Source: Pseudolysinimonas sp. (GTDB lineage Bacteria > Actinomycetota > Actinomycetes > Actinomycetales > Microbacteriaceae). Taken from it: DNA of 64,000 bases. The stretch covers positions 246,522 to 310,521 of the forward strand of contig NZ_JBDSPJ010000022.1 in NCBI RefSeq assembly GCF_039912695.1. Reading direction: 5' to 3'. Both the position numbers and the translations under genes were made by a program. Shown here piece by piece: positions 35,538-44,390 of this stretch. Within the stretch, counting starts at the first letter, position 1; the number at the start of each line of letters is the position of its first letter. The notes under the pieces were generated by a model that searched no databases, was not told where the DNA came from, and saw nothing but the letters and a program-made list of their open reading frames with translations.

Positions 35538-35959
35538 ACGAGCGCCTCACCCTGCGCGCAGGCCAAGGCGGGGAGCCGGTCGGCGGCAACTTCTGGCGCG
35601 AAGTCGGAGGACGGCCGACGTTCGAGAAACTCGTGCGGGCGTTCTACGTCGGGGTCGCCGACGATCCGGTGTTGCGCCCGATGTACCCGGACGACGACCT
35701 TGAGGGGGCCATCCAGCGGCTGATCGGATTTCTCGAGCAGTACTGGGGAGGTCCGGCCACCTACAGCGAAGAGCGCGGCCACCCTCGCTTGCGCATCCGA
35801 CACGCCCCCTTCAAGGTGAACCCGGATGCCCGCGACCGCTGGCTGCTGCACATGCGAACCGCCGTGACCGGACTCGACCTCCCCCCGCTGTACGAAGGAC
35901 AGCTGTGGGACTACCTCGAACGCGCTGCGCACGCGATGGTGAACACCTTCGACGAGTGA
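35534..35959 (+). CDS. Group II truncated haemoglobin (GlbO-like)
   Basis: 141 aa. FEKLVRAFYVGVADDPVLRPMYP…FLEQYWGGPATYSEERGHPRLRIRHAPF is typical of trHbO. It has a 4-nt overlap with the previous gene. Confidence 0.8.
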   Translation: MNERLTLRAGQGGEPVGGNFWREVGGRPTFEKLVRAFYVGVADDPVLRPMYPDDDLEGAIQRLIGFLEQYWGGPATYSEERGHPRLRIRHAPFKVNPDARDRWLLHMRTAVTGLDLPPLYEGQLWDYLERAAHAMVNTFDE

Positions 35960-35999
35960 TCCGCTCGCGCGAGATACTGTCAAACCAGGGAGGAACACC

Positions 36000-37655
36000 A
36001 TGGCGGACACTGATGTCATCGTGATCGGCGCGGGTCTCGCGGGGCTCGTGGCGACGGCCGAACTCGTCGACGCGGGCAAGCGGGTCATCGTGCTCGAGCA
36101 GGAACCCGAGGCAAGCCTCGGCGGTCAGGCCTGGTGGTCGTTCGGCGGACTGTTTCTCGTAGACTCCCCCGAGCAGCGACGGATGGGCATCACCGACTCC
36201 CACGTTCTCGCGCGACAGGACTGGTATGCCAGCGCCGAATTCGACCGGGAAGAGGAAGACGCCTGGGGGCGGCAGTGGGCCGAGGCGTATCTCGCTTTCG
36301 CGTCCGAGGAGAAGCGCGACTGGCTCGCGGCGAAGGGCATCAAATTCTTCCCCGTCGTCGGTTGGGCCGAACGCGGTGGCTACACAGCAACCGGGCACGG
36401 TAACTCGGTACCCCGCTTTCACATCGTCTGGGGCACCGGTCCCGGGCTGCTCGAACCCTTCATCGCCACCGTGCGGGAGGGCGTCGAGAAGGGGCTCGTC
36501 GAGCTGCGCTTTCGGCACCGGGTCGACGAGCTAACCGTTTCGGATGGCGCGGTTACCGGCGCGTCGGGCAGCGTGCTGGCCGCCGATGACGCCGAACGCG
36601 GCACCGCGTCATCTCGCGAGGTGACGGGCACCTTCACTCTCACGGCATCCGCTGTCGTCGTCGCGAGTGGTGGCATCGGGGGCAACCCTGAGCTGGTTCG
36701 CCAGTTCTGGCCCGAGTACCTCGGCGCCCCGCCCGCGTCGATGCTCAGTGGCGTGCCCGAACATGTCGACGGCCGGATGCTCGCGATCTCTCAGGATGCC
36801 GGCGCCCGGCTGGTGAACAGCGACCGGATGTGGCACTACGTCGAAGGCATCCGCAACCACACCGCGGTCTGGAAAAGTCACGGCATCCGCATCCTGCCCG
36901 GTCCGTCGAGCCTGTGGTTCGACGCAACCGGTCGGCGACTTCCGGTGCCACTCTTCCCCGGTTTTGACACTCTCGGCACCCTCGAATACCTGCGCACGAC
37001 CGGGTACGACCACTCCTGGTTTGTGACCACGCAGTCGATCGTCGAGAAGGAGTTCGCGCTGTCGGGCAGTGAGCAAAACCCCGACCTCACCGGCAAGAGC
37101 GTGCGCAAACTCCTGAAGCAGCGGCTCGGCAAGGGCGCAACCCAGCCGGTCGAGAAATTCAAAGCCAAGGGGCCGGATTTCGTCGTCGCCGACAACCTCG
37201 ACGAACTGTTCTCGGGAATGCGGCGCCTCTCCCCCGACGTCGAGATCGACTTCACCGAAATGAAATACGAAATCGAGGCACGTGACCGCGAGCTCGACAA
37301 CTCGTTCTCGAAGGATGCCCAGCTCACCGCCATCCGGGGAGCACGCCGCTACCGGGGCGATCGCCTCATTCGGGTCGCTAAGCCGCACAAGATTCTCGAC
37401 CCGGCGCACGGTCCGCTGATCGCCGTGAAACTGCACATCCTCACCCGCAAGACCCTGGGCGGCATCCAAACCGATCTTTCGGGTCAGGCTCTGAGTGCCG
37501 ACGGCACCCCCATCCCCGGCCTCTACGCCGCGGGTGAAGTCGCCGGTTTCGGCGGCGGCGGGGTGCACGGCTACCGGTCCCTCGAAGGAACCTTCCTGGG
37601 CGGCTGCCTGTTCAGCGGTCGAGTCGTCGGTCGGGCTCTCGCCGAGTCGTTGTGA
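36000..37655 (+). CDS. FAD-binding dehydrogenase (fumarate reductase/KstD-like fold)
   Basis: 551 aa with the dinucleotide motif VIVIGAGLAGLVATAEL and the C-terminal block GLYAAGEVAGFGGGGVHG. Confidence 0.8.
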   Translation: MADTDVIVIGAGLAGLVATAELVDAGKRVIVLEQEPEASLGGQAWWSFGGLFLVDSPEQRRMGITDSHVLARQDWYASAEFDREEEDAWGRQWAEAYLAFASEEKRDWLAAKGIKFFPVVGWAERGGYTATGHGNSVPRFHIVWGTGPGLLEPFIATVREGVEKGLVELRFRHRVDELTVSDGAVTGASGSVLAADDAERGTASSREVTGTFTLTASAVVVASGGIGGNPELVRQFWPEYLGAPPASMLSGVPEHVDGRMLAISQDAGARLVNSDRMWHYVEGIRNHTAVWKSHGIRILPGPSSLWFDATGRRLPVPLFPGFDTLGTLEYLRTTGYDHSWFVTTQSIVEKEFALSGSEQNPDLTGKSVRKLLKQRLGKGATQPVEKFKAKGPDFVVADNLDELFSGMRRLSPDVEIDFTEMKYEIEARDRELDNSFSKDAQLTAIRGARRYRGDRLIRVAKPHKILDPAHGPLIAVKLHILTRKTLGGIQTDLSGQALSADGTPIPGLYAAGEVAGFGGGGVHGYRSLEGTFLGGCLFSGRVVGRALAESL

Positions 37656-37670
37656 GCGCTCCTCGCTGCG

Positions 37671-37738
37671 GCGAGTGACAATCCGCGAGTCAAGAAGCGG
37701 GGACCCCTACCCCGATTGACTCGCGGATTGTCACTCGC
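37671..37738. repeat. Palindromic element family 1, copy 2 (23-bp perfect arms, 22-nt loop) flanked by 10-bp direct repeats
   Basis: GCGAGTGACAATCCGCGAGTCAA-GAAGCGGGGACCCCTACCCCGA-TTGACTCGCGGATTGTCACTCGC. The flanks are CCTCGCTGCG (37661-37670) and CTTCGCTGCG (37739-37748). It lies between convergent genes. Confidence 0.8.
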
Positions 37739-37768
37739 CTTCGCTGCGCTCGGACGAACGTGCAACCT

Positions 37769-38428
37769 CTAGCGGAGGAGGTTCCAGGCCTTCCTTTTCA
37801 CCAGGACGTGACCTCTAGAGGTGCTGAGTCGTGCCCAGGGGCCGGACTCGTAGAGGCGGACCTGATCTTCGCCGAGGAAACCAAGGGCGAAGGCAGCGAA
37901 AGCTGCGGCGGCGACAACGTGGTCGGCGCCGGGGATGGGTTTGTTCCAGACCTCGGCGCGCACCTTGCGCACGATCGCCTCACCGGCCCCATCGGGTACG
38001 GCCGCCGCCACATCCTGGATGCCGGCACGGGCACTCTCATCGAGCACGGCTGCCGACACCTCGCCGACAGCCTGCCACCCGCCGCGCGGCGGAGAGATCG
38101 CCGCCCAGGTCGCCGTATTGACCTCCATCGGCATCCCGACGGTCGTGGTTTCTTCAGCCTGCGCACGTTCGATGCGCTGCAGGAGGGATCGCAACGGCAC
38201 AACGACATCGAAGGTGTCCGGGCCGTTCAGCGCGACCGTGCGAAGCCCCAGAATCGTCGGGCTCTCGTCGAGCAGACCGACCGGATAGAAGATCGCGGCG
38301 TACACGGCAAGCACGCCGGAGCCCGCGATCAGGCGCACCGAACCTTCCTCGACCCGCGCGGCACGCGACAGGAACACCTGCAGATCATCGAGGGACGGCG
38401 CATCGGCGAAAGTGAAGGAGCTGCTCAT
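37769..38428 (-). CDS. Hypothetical protein
   Basis: 219-aa ORF with normal composition, divergent from tesB. I recognise no family. Confidence 0.55.
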   Translation of the reverse strand: MSSSFTFADAPSLDDLQVFLSRAARVEEGSVRLIAGSGVLAVYAAIFYPVGLLDESPTILGLRTVALNGPDTFDVVVPLRSLLQRIERAQAEETTTVGMPMEVNTATWAAISPPRGGWQAVGEVSAAVLDESARAGIQDVAAAVPDGAGEAIVRKVRAEVWNKPIPGADHVVAAAAFAAFALGFLGEDQVRLYESGPWARLSTSRGHVLVKRKAWNLLR

Positions 38429-38449
38429 CTGGCTCCTAAACTACAACCC

Positions 38450-39322
38450 GTGAGCGATCCCTTGGCGGGGTTCCTGGCCGCCCTCGATTTGACCGACACC
38501 GGCGCGCGCACACGGGAAGACATCTTCACCGGGCCGAGCCAGTGGATGCCGACCGGTCGCGTCTTCGGCGGACAGGTTTTGGCGCAGTCGCTGATTGCCG
38601 CGATCCGCACCGTCGACCCGGATCGCCACGTGCACTCGATGCACGGCTACTTTCTGCGACCCGGGGATGTCGGCCAGACGATCACGTTCTCGGTGGACCG
38701 CATTCACGACGGTCGATCGTTCGCAACCCGCCGCACCCAGTGCTACCAAAATGGCGAGCCGATCCTCTCGATGATCGCGTCCTTCCAAGATGTCGACCCC
38801 GGTCTTGAGCACAGCGTCGAGATGCCGAAGGGGTTGCCCGACCCCGAGTCGCTGCCCAGCACTGCGGAAGCCCTCGGCGAGAACGACCATCCGGTCGCGA
38901 ACTTCTGGGCGACGCAGCGCGCGTTCGACATCCGTCATATCCAGCATCCGGTGTATTTCCCTGGCGAGGGTGAGCGCTCGACGAAGCAGGCTGTCTGGAT
39001 GAAGGCGATCGGCCGGCTGCCCGACGACCCGAACCTGCATCGTGCCGCTCTCGCGTACGCGAGCGACTACGCGATCCTCGAACCGATCCTGCGCGCACAC
39101 GGCATTTCGTGGGCGGCGCAGGGACTCAAAGCCGCGAGTCTCGACCACGCAATGTGGTGGCACCGCGACGGGAGGGTCGACGAAGACTGGCTGCTCTACG
39201 AACAGGAGTCGCCGGTCGCGGTCGGGGGTCGCGGGTTGTCGTTCGGGCGCATCTTCAGCCGGGACGGCTATCTGCTCGCCACCGTCGCCCAAGAGGGCAT
39301 GGTGCGCATCCCGACCCTCTAG
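38450..39322 (+). CDS. tesB: Acyl-CoA thioesterase II (double hotdog)
   Basis: The 3' part of ORF 37760..39322, taken from GTG 38450 (VSDPLAGFLAALDLTDTG…GRVFGGQVLAQSL…HSMHGYFLRPGD). The start codon choice is tentative. Confidence 0.8.
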   Translation: MSDPLAGFLAALDLTDTGARTREDIFTGPSQWMPTGRVFGGQVLAQSLIAAIRTVDPDRHVHSMHGYFLRPGDVGQTITFSVDRIHDGRSFATRRTQCYQNGEPILSMIASFQDVDPGLEHSVEMPKGLPDPESLPSTAEALGENDHPVANFWATQRAFDIRHIQHPVYFPGEGERSTKQAVWMKAIGRLPDDPNLHRAALAYASDYAILEPILRAHGISWAAQGLKAASLDHAMWWHRDGRVDEDWLLYEQESPVAVGGRGLSFGRIFSRDGYLLATVAQEGMVRIPTL

Positions 39323-40275
39323 GTGCGGGGAGTGCGGGCGGCTTTCACGAACCGATCGATACTCGCCCCGACCACGATCACGGCAATGGCGACCGCCGCG
39401 ACCAGGTTGCCGGCACCGCCGGGTGCCATCAGTGCATCCGCTCCGAACTCGGCGAAGAACGCCGGGTTGAGCAGGCGACCGCTCATCAGTAGCACGATGA
39501 TCGGGATGCCGGACGCGAGCTGGATGAGTGCATGGACGCCCGCGAGCGCGTAGGTCCAGCGCCCTCGGCGATACACGTAGACGGCGTGGATGAGTTGGGC
39601 GAGGGCGACCGCAATGAGGAACGGGAACCAAAACGACCACAGGTCGGGGTTGAGGACCGGGATCGCGGATCCATCGGCGGTCACGAAGATTCCGGGGTTC
39701 TGCTGCCAGAACAGCACCCCGATCGAGAGGATCACGTAGACGACCGTTGCGACGAGATCGGTGTTCTTGACGGCCTTGCTCACGGGCAGGGCGGGCAGAT
39801 GATCGGGGTCGAATGCGTTGAGCGGACGCCGGTTGCCGGTGCGCTCGAGGACCACGAAGAGAAGCGTCGTCCAGAAGCACATATGCACGCCCACAGTGAG
39901 GGTCGTGCCGATGACCGTGCCGACGGTTTGGCCGAACCCCGCGCCGGCGAAGATGCCGATGATGGCGAGCACCACAACGACGATCGGCAGCACGATCACC
40001 AGCAGCGTGCGCAGCAGCCGGACGTAGTCGACGTAGAGGTCTGGCCCAATGAGCGTCAGCGGACGGTTCGAGTACCCGGCGGCGAGTCGAGTCGGCTCCC
40101 CGAGGTCGAGCAGCACGGCGCGCTCGGCGGCCGACTCTGGCTCACCGTTCTCGGTACGTGCGTCGACGGCATCCGCGATGGATGCCCGCAGCTCGCGGTC
40201 GATGTCGGCGCGCTTGGCCTCGGGCAGCGCACGCTGAACGGCCCACACGTAGCGGTCGGTGAGGGTGGTCATCAT
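39319..40275 (-). CDS. Polytopic membrane protein co-transcribed with PadR
   Basis: ORF 39319..40611 trimmed to ATG 40275 (ATGA overlap with the PadR stop). An N-terminal soluble helical segment (MMTTLTDRYVWAVQRALPEAKRADIDRELRASI) is followed by multiple TM helices. Confidence 0.65.
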   Translation of the reverse strand: MMTTLTDRYVWAVQRALPEAKRADIDRELRASIADAVDARTENGEPESAAERAVLLDLGEPTRLAAGYSNRPLTLIGPDLYVDYVRLLRTLLVIVLPIVVVVLAIIGIFAGAGFGQTVGTVIGTTLTVGVHMCFWTTLLFVVLERTGNRRPLNAFDPDHLPALPVSKAVKNTDLVATVVYVILSIGVLFWQQNPGIFVTADGSAIPVLNPDLWSFWFPFLIAVALAQLIHAVYVYRRGRWTYALAGVHALIQLASGIPIIVLLMSGRLLNPAFFAEFGADALMAPGGAGNLVAAVAIAVIVVGASIDRFVKAARTPRT

Positions 40276-40604
40276 TTCCCCTTCCGGGAGATGCGGTCGA
40301 TGGAGGTGTGGAGGTTCTTCCAGTCGTCGAGGAGGACGGTCGCGAGGGCGTCCCCCGCGGGACTCGTGCGGTAGAACTTGCGTGGTCGCGACTCGTCGGT
40401 GTTCCACTCGCTGACGAGCAGACCCTGCGATTCGAGCCTCCGCAGCAGCGGGTAGAGCGTGTTGCCTTCGACCGGGATGCCAGCTGCCGCCAACTCTTCG
40501 AGGAGCGCGTAGCCGTACTGCGCGGTGCGCAGCATCAGAAGGCAGGCGAGCACGGCGGTGCCGCGTCGCAGTTCCTGGAGTTGTGCGTTGTCGCTCTCGG
40601 TCAC
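40272..40604 (-). CDS. PadR-family transcriptional regulator
   Basis: 110 aa. LACLLMLRTAQYGYALLEELAAAGIPVEGNTLYPLLRRLESQGLLVSEW is typical of PadR. Confidence 0.85.
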   Translation of the reverse strand: MTESDNAQLQELRRGTAVLACLLMLRTAQYGYALLEELAAAGIPVEGNTLYPLLRRLESQGLLVSEWNTDESRPRKFYRTSPAGDALATVLLDDWKNLHTSIDRISRKGK

Positions 40605-40608
40605 GAGT

Positions 40609-40624
40609 CACACGTTACTGTGTG
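40609..40624. promoter_or_regulatory. Palindrome CACAC-GTTACT-GTGTG upstream of padR
   Basis: Begins 5 nt upstream of the padR GTG. An outer AGTCAC (40606-40611) / GTGACT (40642-40647) repeat is also present. Possible autoregulatory site. Confidence 0.3.
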
Positions 40625-40670
40625 TCGCACACTATCGTCAAGTGACTGTATGCGATGTGACCCGACGTCG

Positions 40671-41141
40671 TCAGGAGCGCTTTGCGAAGACGATCGGGGC
40701 GTCGACGAAGGCGCTCCACGCCTCGCGTTCGGCATCCGTCATCCGCCGCGGCTTCTGGCTGACCGTGTCGACCAGAACGATCGTGGATGCCGCCCTCGCG
40801 AACACCACCACCGGGTCAACGCCTACGGGTGAGCACACTTCGTAGCAGACCTCGATGCTCGCCCCACCCAGGCGGCCGATCCACAGTTGCACGTCGAGCG
40901 GTTCGCGCAGATACGGGATCGGGGCGAGGTACTCGACCTCCTGCCGCGCGATCAGGGTGATCGTGTCGCCGCCCAGGCCGAACGCGGCATCGCTGAGTCC
41001 CTCGACGCCGAAACCGTCGCCGCCCCAAAACACCGAGATGCGCGACTCCTCCAAGAGGGTCAGCATCGCAGCATTGTTCACATGGCCGTAGGCGTCAAGG
41101 TCGTTCCACCGCAGTCCGATGGGAACGTGCAGCCGAGTCAC
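40671..41141 (-). CDS. Hotdog-fold acyl-CoA thioesterase (4HBT/YbgC-like)
   Basis: ORF 40671..41258 trimmed to GTG 41141, just after the ettA stop. Motif RWNDLDAYGHVNNAAMLTLLEE. Confidence 0.7.
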   Translation of the reverse strand: MTRLHVPIGLRWNDLDAYGHVNNAAMLTLLEESRISVFWGGDGFGVEGLSDAAFGLGGDTITLIARQEVEYLAPIPYLREPLDVQLWIGRLGGASIEVCYEVCSPVGVDPVVVFARAASTIVLVDTVSQKPRRMTDAEREAWSAFVDAPIVFAKRS

Positions 41142-41143
41142 CG

Positions 41144-42826
41144 TCAGTCTCTGGTTAGGCGGCGATGCGTCGCACGATGCGGAGCTGCGGCTTCGGGGCC
41201 GAGGCGTTCGATCTTGTTCTCTTCGTACGACTCGAAGTTGCCCTCGAACCAGTACCACTTGGCGGGATCTTCGTCGGTGCCCTCGTAGGCGAGGATGTGC
41301 GTCGCGATGCGGTCAAGGAACCACCGATCGTGGGTGATGACCACCGCGCAACCGGGAAATTCGAGCAGCGCATTCTCGAGGCTCGACAGTGTTTCGATGT
41401 CGAGGTCGTTGGTGGGCTCGTCGAGTAGCAGCAGGTTGCCGCCCTCCTTCAGCGTGAGCGCCAGGTTGAGGCGGTTGCGCTCGCCACCCGACAGCACACC
41501 GGCCTTCTTCTGCTGGTCGGGTCCCTTGAAGCCGAACTTCGATACGTAGGCACGCGACGGGATCTCGGTCTTGCCGATCGTGATGATGTCGAGGCCTTCA
41601 GAGACGACCTCCCACAGCGTCTTGTTCGGGTCGATGTTCGAGCGGGTCTGGTCGACGTAGCTGATCTTGACCGTCTCGCCGATCTTGAGGTCGCCGCCAT
41701 CGATGGGTTCGAGTCCGACGATCGTCTTGAACAGCGTGGTCTTGCCGACACCGTTCGGGCCGATCACGCCAACGATGCCGTTCGGCGGAAGCGTGAAGCT
41801 CAGGTTGCTGATCAGGTCGCGACCGTCAAAGCCCTTCTCCAGCTTCTTGGCCTCGATCACGATGGAGCCCAAACGCGGACCCGGCGGAATCGAGATCTCG
41901 TCGAAGTCGAGCTTCCGCGTGCGGTCAGCCTCGGAGGCCATCTCCTCGTAACGGGCGAGGCGCGCCTTCGACTTCGTCTGGCGACCCTTGGCGCTGCTGC
42001 GCACCCACTCGAGTTCTTCCTTCAGTCGCTTCGCGAGCTTCTGATCCTTCTTGCCCTGGATATTGAGCCGCTCGGCCTTCTTTTCCAGATAGGTCGTGTA
42101 GTTGCCCTCGTAGGGGTAGAGGTGGCCGCGGTCGACCTCAGCGATCCACTGCGCGACGTTGTCGAGGAAGTACCGATCGTGGGTAATTGCGATCACAGCG
42201 CCGGGATACGACTTCAGGTGCTGCTCAAGCCAGAGCACGCTCTCGGCGTCGAGGTGGTTAGTGGGCTCATCGAGCAGCAGCAGGTCGGGCTTCTGCAGCA
42301 GAAGTTTGGTGAGCGCCACGCGGCGCTTCTCGCCACCGGAGAGGTTGTTCACCCGAGCGTCGCCCGGCGGGGTGCGGAGCGCATCCATCGCCTGTTCGAG
42401 TTGCGAGTCGAGGTCCCACGCATCGGCGGCGTCGATGTCTTCCTGCAGTTTGCCCATCTCGGCCAACAGGGTGTCGAAATCGGCATCGGGGTCAGCCATC
42501 GCGGTCGAGATCTCGTTGAAGCGGTCGAGCTTCGCGATGATCGGGCCGACCCCCTCTTTGACGTTTTCGAGCACCGACTTCGACTCGTCGAGTTCGGGCT
42601 CCTGCATCAGGATGCCGACGGTGTACCCGTCGCTGAGCTTCGCTTCACCGTTCGACGGGGTGTCGAGCCCGGCCATGATTTTGATGATCGTCGACTTGCC
42701 GGCACCGTTCGGCCCGACCATCCCGATCTTCGCGCCGGGAAAGAACGACATGGTGACGTCGTCGAGGATGAGTTTTTCGCCGACCGCTTTGCGGGCGCGC
42801 ACCATCGAGTAGATGTATTCGGCCAT
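41144..42826 (-). CDS. ettA: Energy-dependent translational throttle protein EttA (ABC-F)
   Basis: 560 aa with two ABC domains (GPNGAGKST, LSGGEKRRVAL; GPNGVGKTT, LSGGERNRLNL). The N-terminus MAEYIYSMVRARKAVG is characteristic. Confidence 0.9.
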   Translation of the reverse strand: MAEYIYSMVRARKAVGEKLILDDVTMSFFPGAKIGMVGPNGAGKSTIIKIMAGLDTPSNGEAKLSDGYTVGILMQEPELDESKSVLENVKEGVGPIIAKLDRFNEISTAMADPDADFDTLLAEMGKLQEDIDAADAWDLDSQLEQAMDALRTPPGDARVNNLSGGEKRRVALTKLLLQKPDLLLLDEPTNHLDAESVLWLEQHLKSYPGAVIAITHDRYFLDNVAQWIAEVDRGHLYPYEGNYTTYLEKKAERLNIQGKKDQKLAKRLKEELEWVRSSAKGRQTKSKARLARYEEMASEADRTRKLDFDEISIPPGPRLGSIVIEAKKLEKGFDGRDLISNLSFTLPPNGIVGVIGPNGVGKTTLFKTIVGLEPIDGGDLKIGETVKISYVDQTRSNIDPNKTLWEVVSEGLDIITIGKTEIPSRAYVSKFGFKGPDQQKKAGVLSGGERNRLNLALTLKEGGNLLLLDEPTNDLDIETLSSLENALLEFPGCAVVITHDRWFLDRIATHILAYEGTDEDPAKWYWFEGNFESYEENKIERLGPEAAAPHRATHRRLTRD

Positions 42827-42898
42827 GGGCTCAAGCTTAGGAGCGGGCGGAAGCCTCGGCCGACGAAGCTACAGTCGGAGGGACGCGACGGAGGCCGC

Positions 42899-43144
42899 AT
42901 GGATGTCACGGGCTACAGCTACTTCATCGAGCGGCGCGAGAGCGACAAGCGCTGGCTCGCGACGGTTGAGGAGTTCCCCGACCTGAGCGCCGCATCGAAG
43001 ATTCACAACCGCGCGCTCAATGAGCTTCGGGATGCTGTCGCGGCCGAGATCACGCGACGCCGGAAGGCGGGCGAGGTGGTACCCGGTCCCACTCGACCGC
43101 CCACGGCGGTGTCGACGTTTCTCAAGAACATCGGGCTGACCTGA
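42899..43144 (+). CDS. HicB-like antitoxin-domain protein (orphan)
   Basis: The last 81 codons of ORF 42122..43144, from ATG 42899, which is preceded by GGAGG. YSYFIERRESDKRWLATVEEFPDLSAASKIHNRALNELRDAV resembles the HicB/UPF0150 fold (tentative). Confidence 0.5.
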   Translation: MDVTGYSYFIERRESDKRWLATVEEFPDLSAASKIHNRALNELRDAVAAEITRRRKAGEVVPGPTRPPTAVSTFLKNIGLT

Positions 43145-43183
43145 GCTGACAGGCGCTCGCACGACACGACTACCCGAAGATGA

Positions 43184-43642
43184 CTACCAGTCGATCGTGC
43201 GCGTGGTGCCGATGAGGCAGCGGCCGGTCTCGAGGATCGCGCCGGTCGTCGAGTCGTAGCCGATGTTGCCGTACTGCCCAATGAGGCAGTTGCCGTTGAT
43301 CTTGATCGAGAACGAGATGTTGTCGGCCGGGCCGTTGATCGCCGTGCGATCCGAGGTGACCTCCATGACGTTGATGGCATAGCCGGCAGCGACCAGATTG
43401 TCGATGAACGCGCGGCCGTCAAGGGTGCCGCCGGCAGCAATCAGCCGCTCGTTGACGAGATCGAAGTACGCCTTGTTGCTCGTGGCCGAACCCTCAAGGT
43501 GGATCTCGGGAGTTGCCGCGGGTGCCGGAGACGCGCTCGGCTGTCCGCCCGAGGTCTGCGTCGGGGTGGGAGTCGCCGCACCGCAGCCAGCGAGCAGGAG
43601 CACCGCGGCGAGCGCGGCGAGTCCCGCGTGCGCGATCCGCAT
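43184..43642 (-). CDS. Hypothetical lipoprotein
   Basis: ORF 43184..43921 trimmed to ATG 43642 (MRIAHAGLAALAAVLLLAGC lipobox). Confidence 0.6.
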   Translation of the reverse strand: MRIAHAGLAALAAVLLLAGCGAATPTPTQTSGGQPSASPAPAATPEIHLEGSATSNKAYFDLVNERLIAAGGTLDGRAFIDNLVAAGYAINVMEVTSDRTAINGPADNISFSIKINGNCLIGQYGNIGYDSTTGAILETGRCLIGTTRTIDW

Positions 43643-43643
43643 C

Positions 43644-43683
43644 GAAAAACCCCATCCCGACTCGGCGGGATCACCGAGTCGGG
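43644..43683 (-). terminator. Rho-independent terminator downstream of ssb
   Basis: 10-bp stem CCCGACTCGG / CCGAGTCGGG with an 8-nt loop. On the minus strand it is followed by GGGGTTTTTCG. Confidence 0.65.
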
Positions 43684-43715
43684 ATGATTGTACGTGGGGC
43701 TCGGCGCGGGAATGC

Positions 43716-44216
43716 TCAGAACGGAACGGGCAACTCCATGGGCCGCTTCGACCGCGCTTCAGCGAGATCGTCGATGACGGGCTCCGGGGCATCAGGTCCC
43801 GCCGGAATCGATTCGGCCGCGGCGGCGCTCGCCTCGGTGTCGGCTTCAACGACGGCAGTCGCTGTCGACCGGGTGAACGCCGAGGTGCCGAACGTGAGGT
43901 CGTGGCCGAGAGAGTCGGCATCCACCTCGATCGTCGTGCCGGTCTTCTCGTCGGTCTGCCAGTCGCGGATGCGCAGGCGGCCCGTCACGACGACGCGCTG
44001 ACCCTTGAGCACCGATCCGATCGCATTGACGGCGAGCTGGCGAAACGCGGTAATCGTGTACCAGTTGGTGTCAGCATCCACCCACTTCTGTTCGGATCGG
44101 TCGAACTTGCGCTGGGTGGAGGCGAGGCGGAACGAGGTGATCTGAAGCCCCTCGCTCGTGACGATGTGCTTGGGCGGCGTGGCGACCAGGCCGGTAAGAG
44201 TGATCGTGTCGGTCAT
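43716..44216 (-). CDS. ssb: Single-stranded DNA-binding protein (paralogue type)
   Basis: ORF trimmed to ATG 44216, preceded by GAGGAG. OB-fold N-terminus (ITLTGLVATPPKHIVTSEGLQITSFRLA…WYTITAFRQLA). Low-complexity tail ending in LPVPF. Confidence 0.85.
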   Translation of the reverse strand: MTDTITLTGLVATPPKHIVTSEGLQITSFRLASTQRKFDRSEQKWVDADTNWYTITAFRQLAVNAIGSVLKGQRVVVTGRLRIRDWQTDEKTGTTIEVDADSLGHDLTFGTSAFTRSTATAVVEADTEASAAAAESIPAGPDAPEPVIDDLAEARSKRPMELPVPF

Positions 44217-44327
44217 GGGACTGCTCCTCATCTGGATGGAATGGCCCGGATGCCGGCAACCCGCTCGTGCCTAGAAGTGGTGCCGACATCCGGTTTCCCC
44301 ATCGTTCGACGTCAGCCCAGACGCAGC

Positions 44328-44366
44328 GACGCCCGGCACGTGTTCTGCGGAACACGGCCGGGCGTC
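44328..44366 (-). terminator. Hairpin downstream of the 44391 small ORF
   Basis: GACGCCCGGCACGTGTTC-TGCG-GAACACGGCCGGGCGTC (about 17 bp with one bulge). There is no U-tract. Confidence 0.45.
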
Positions 44367-44390
44367 GGCGGTTGGGGAGGAGCGGCGAGG

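Noticed and set aside
37760-38449. The first 230 codons of the 520-aa plus-strand ORF 37760..39322, read as part of tesB.
   Set aside because: This part is antisense to the better-looking 37769..38428 gene and has shadow-frame composition. The thioesterase similarity begins at about 38450.
42827-43183. A hicA toxin gene next to the HicB-like ORF.
   Set aside because: The flanks are 72 nt and 39 nt long, with no ORF of HicA size or composition on either strand.
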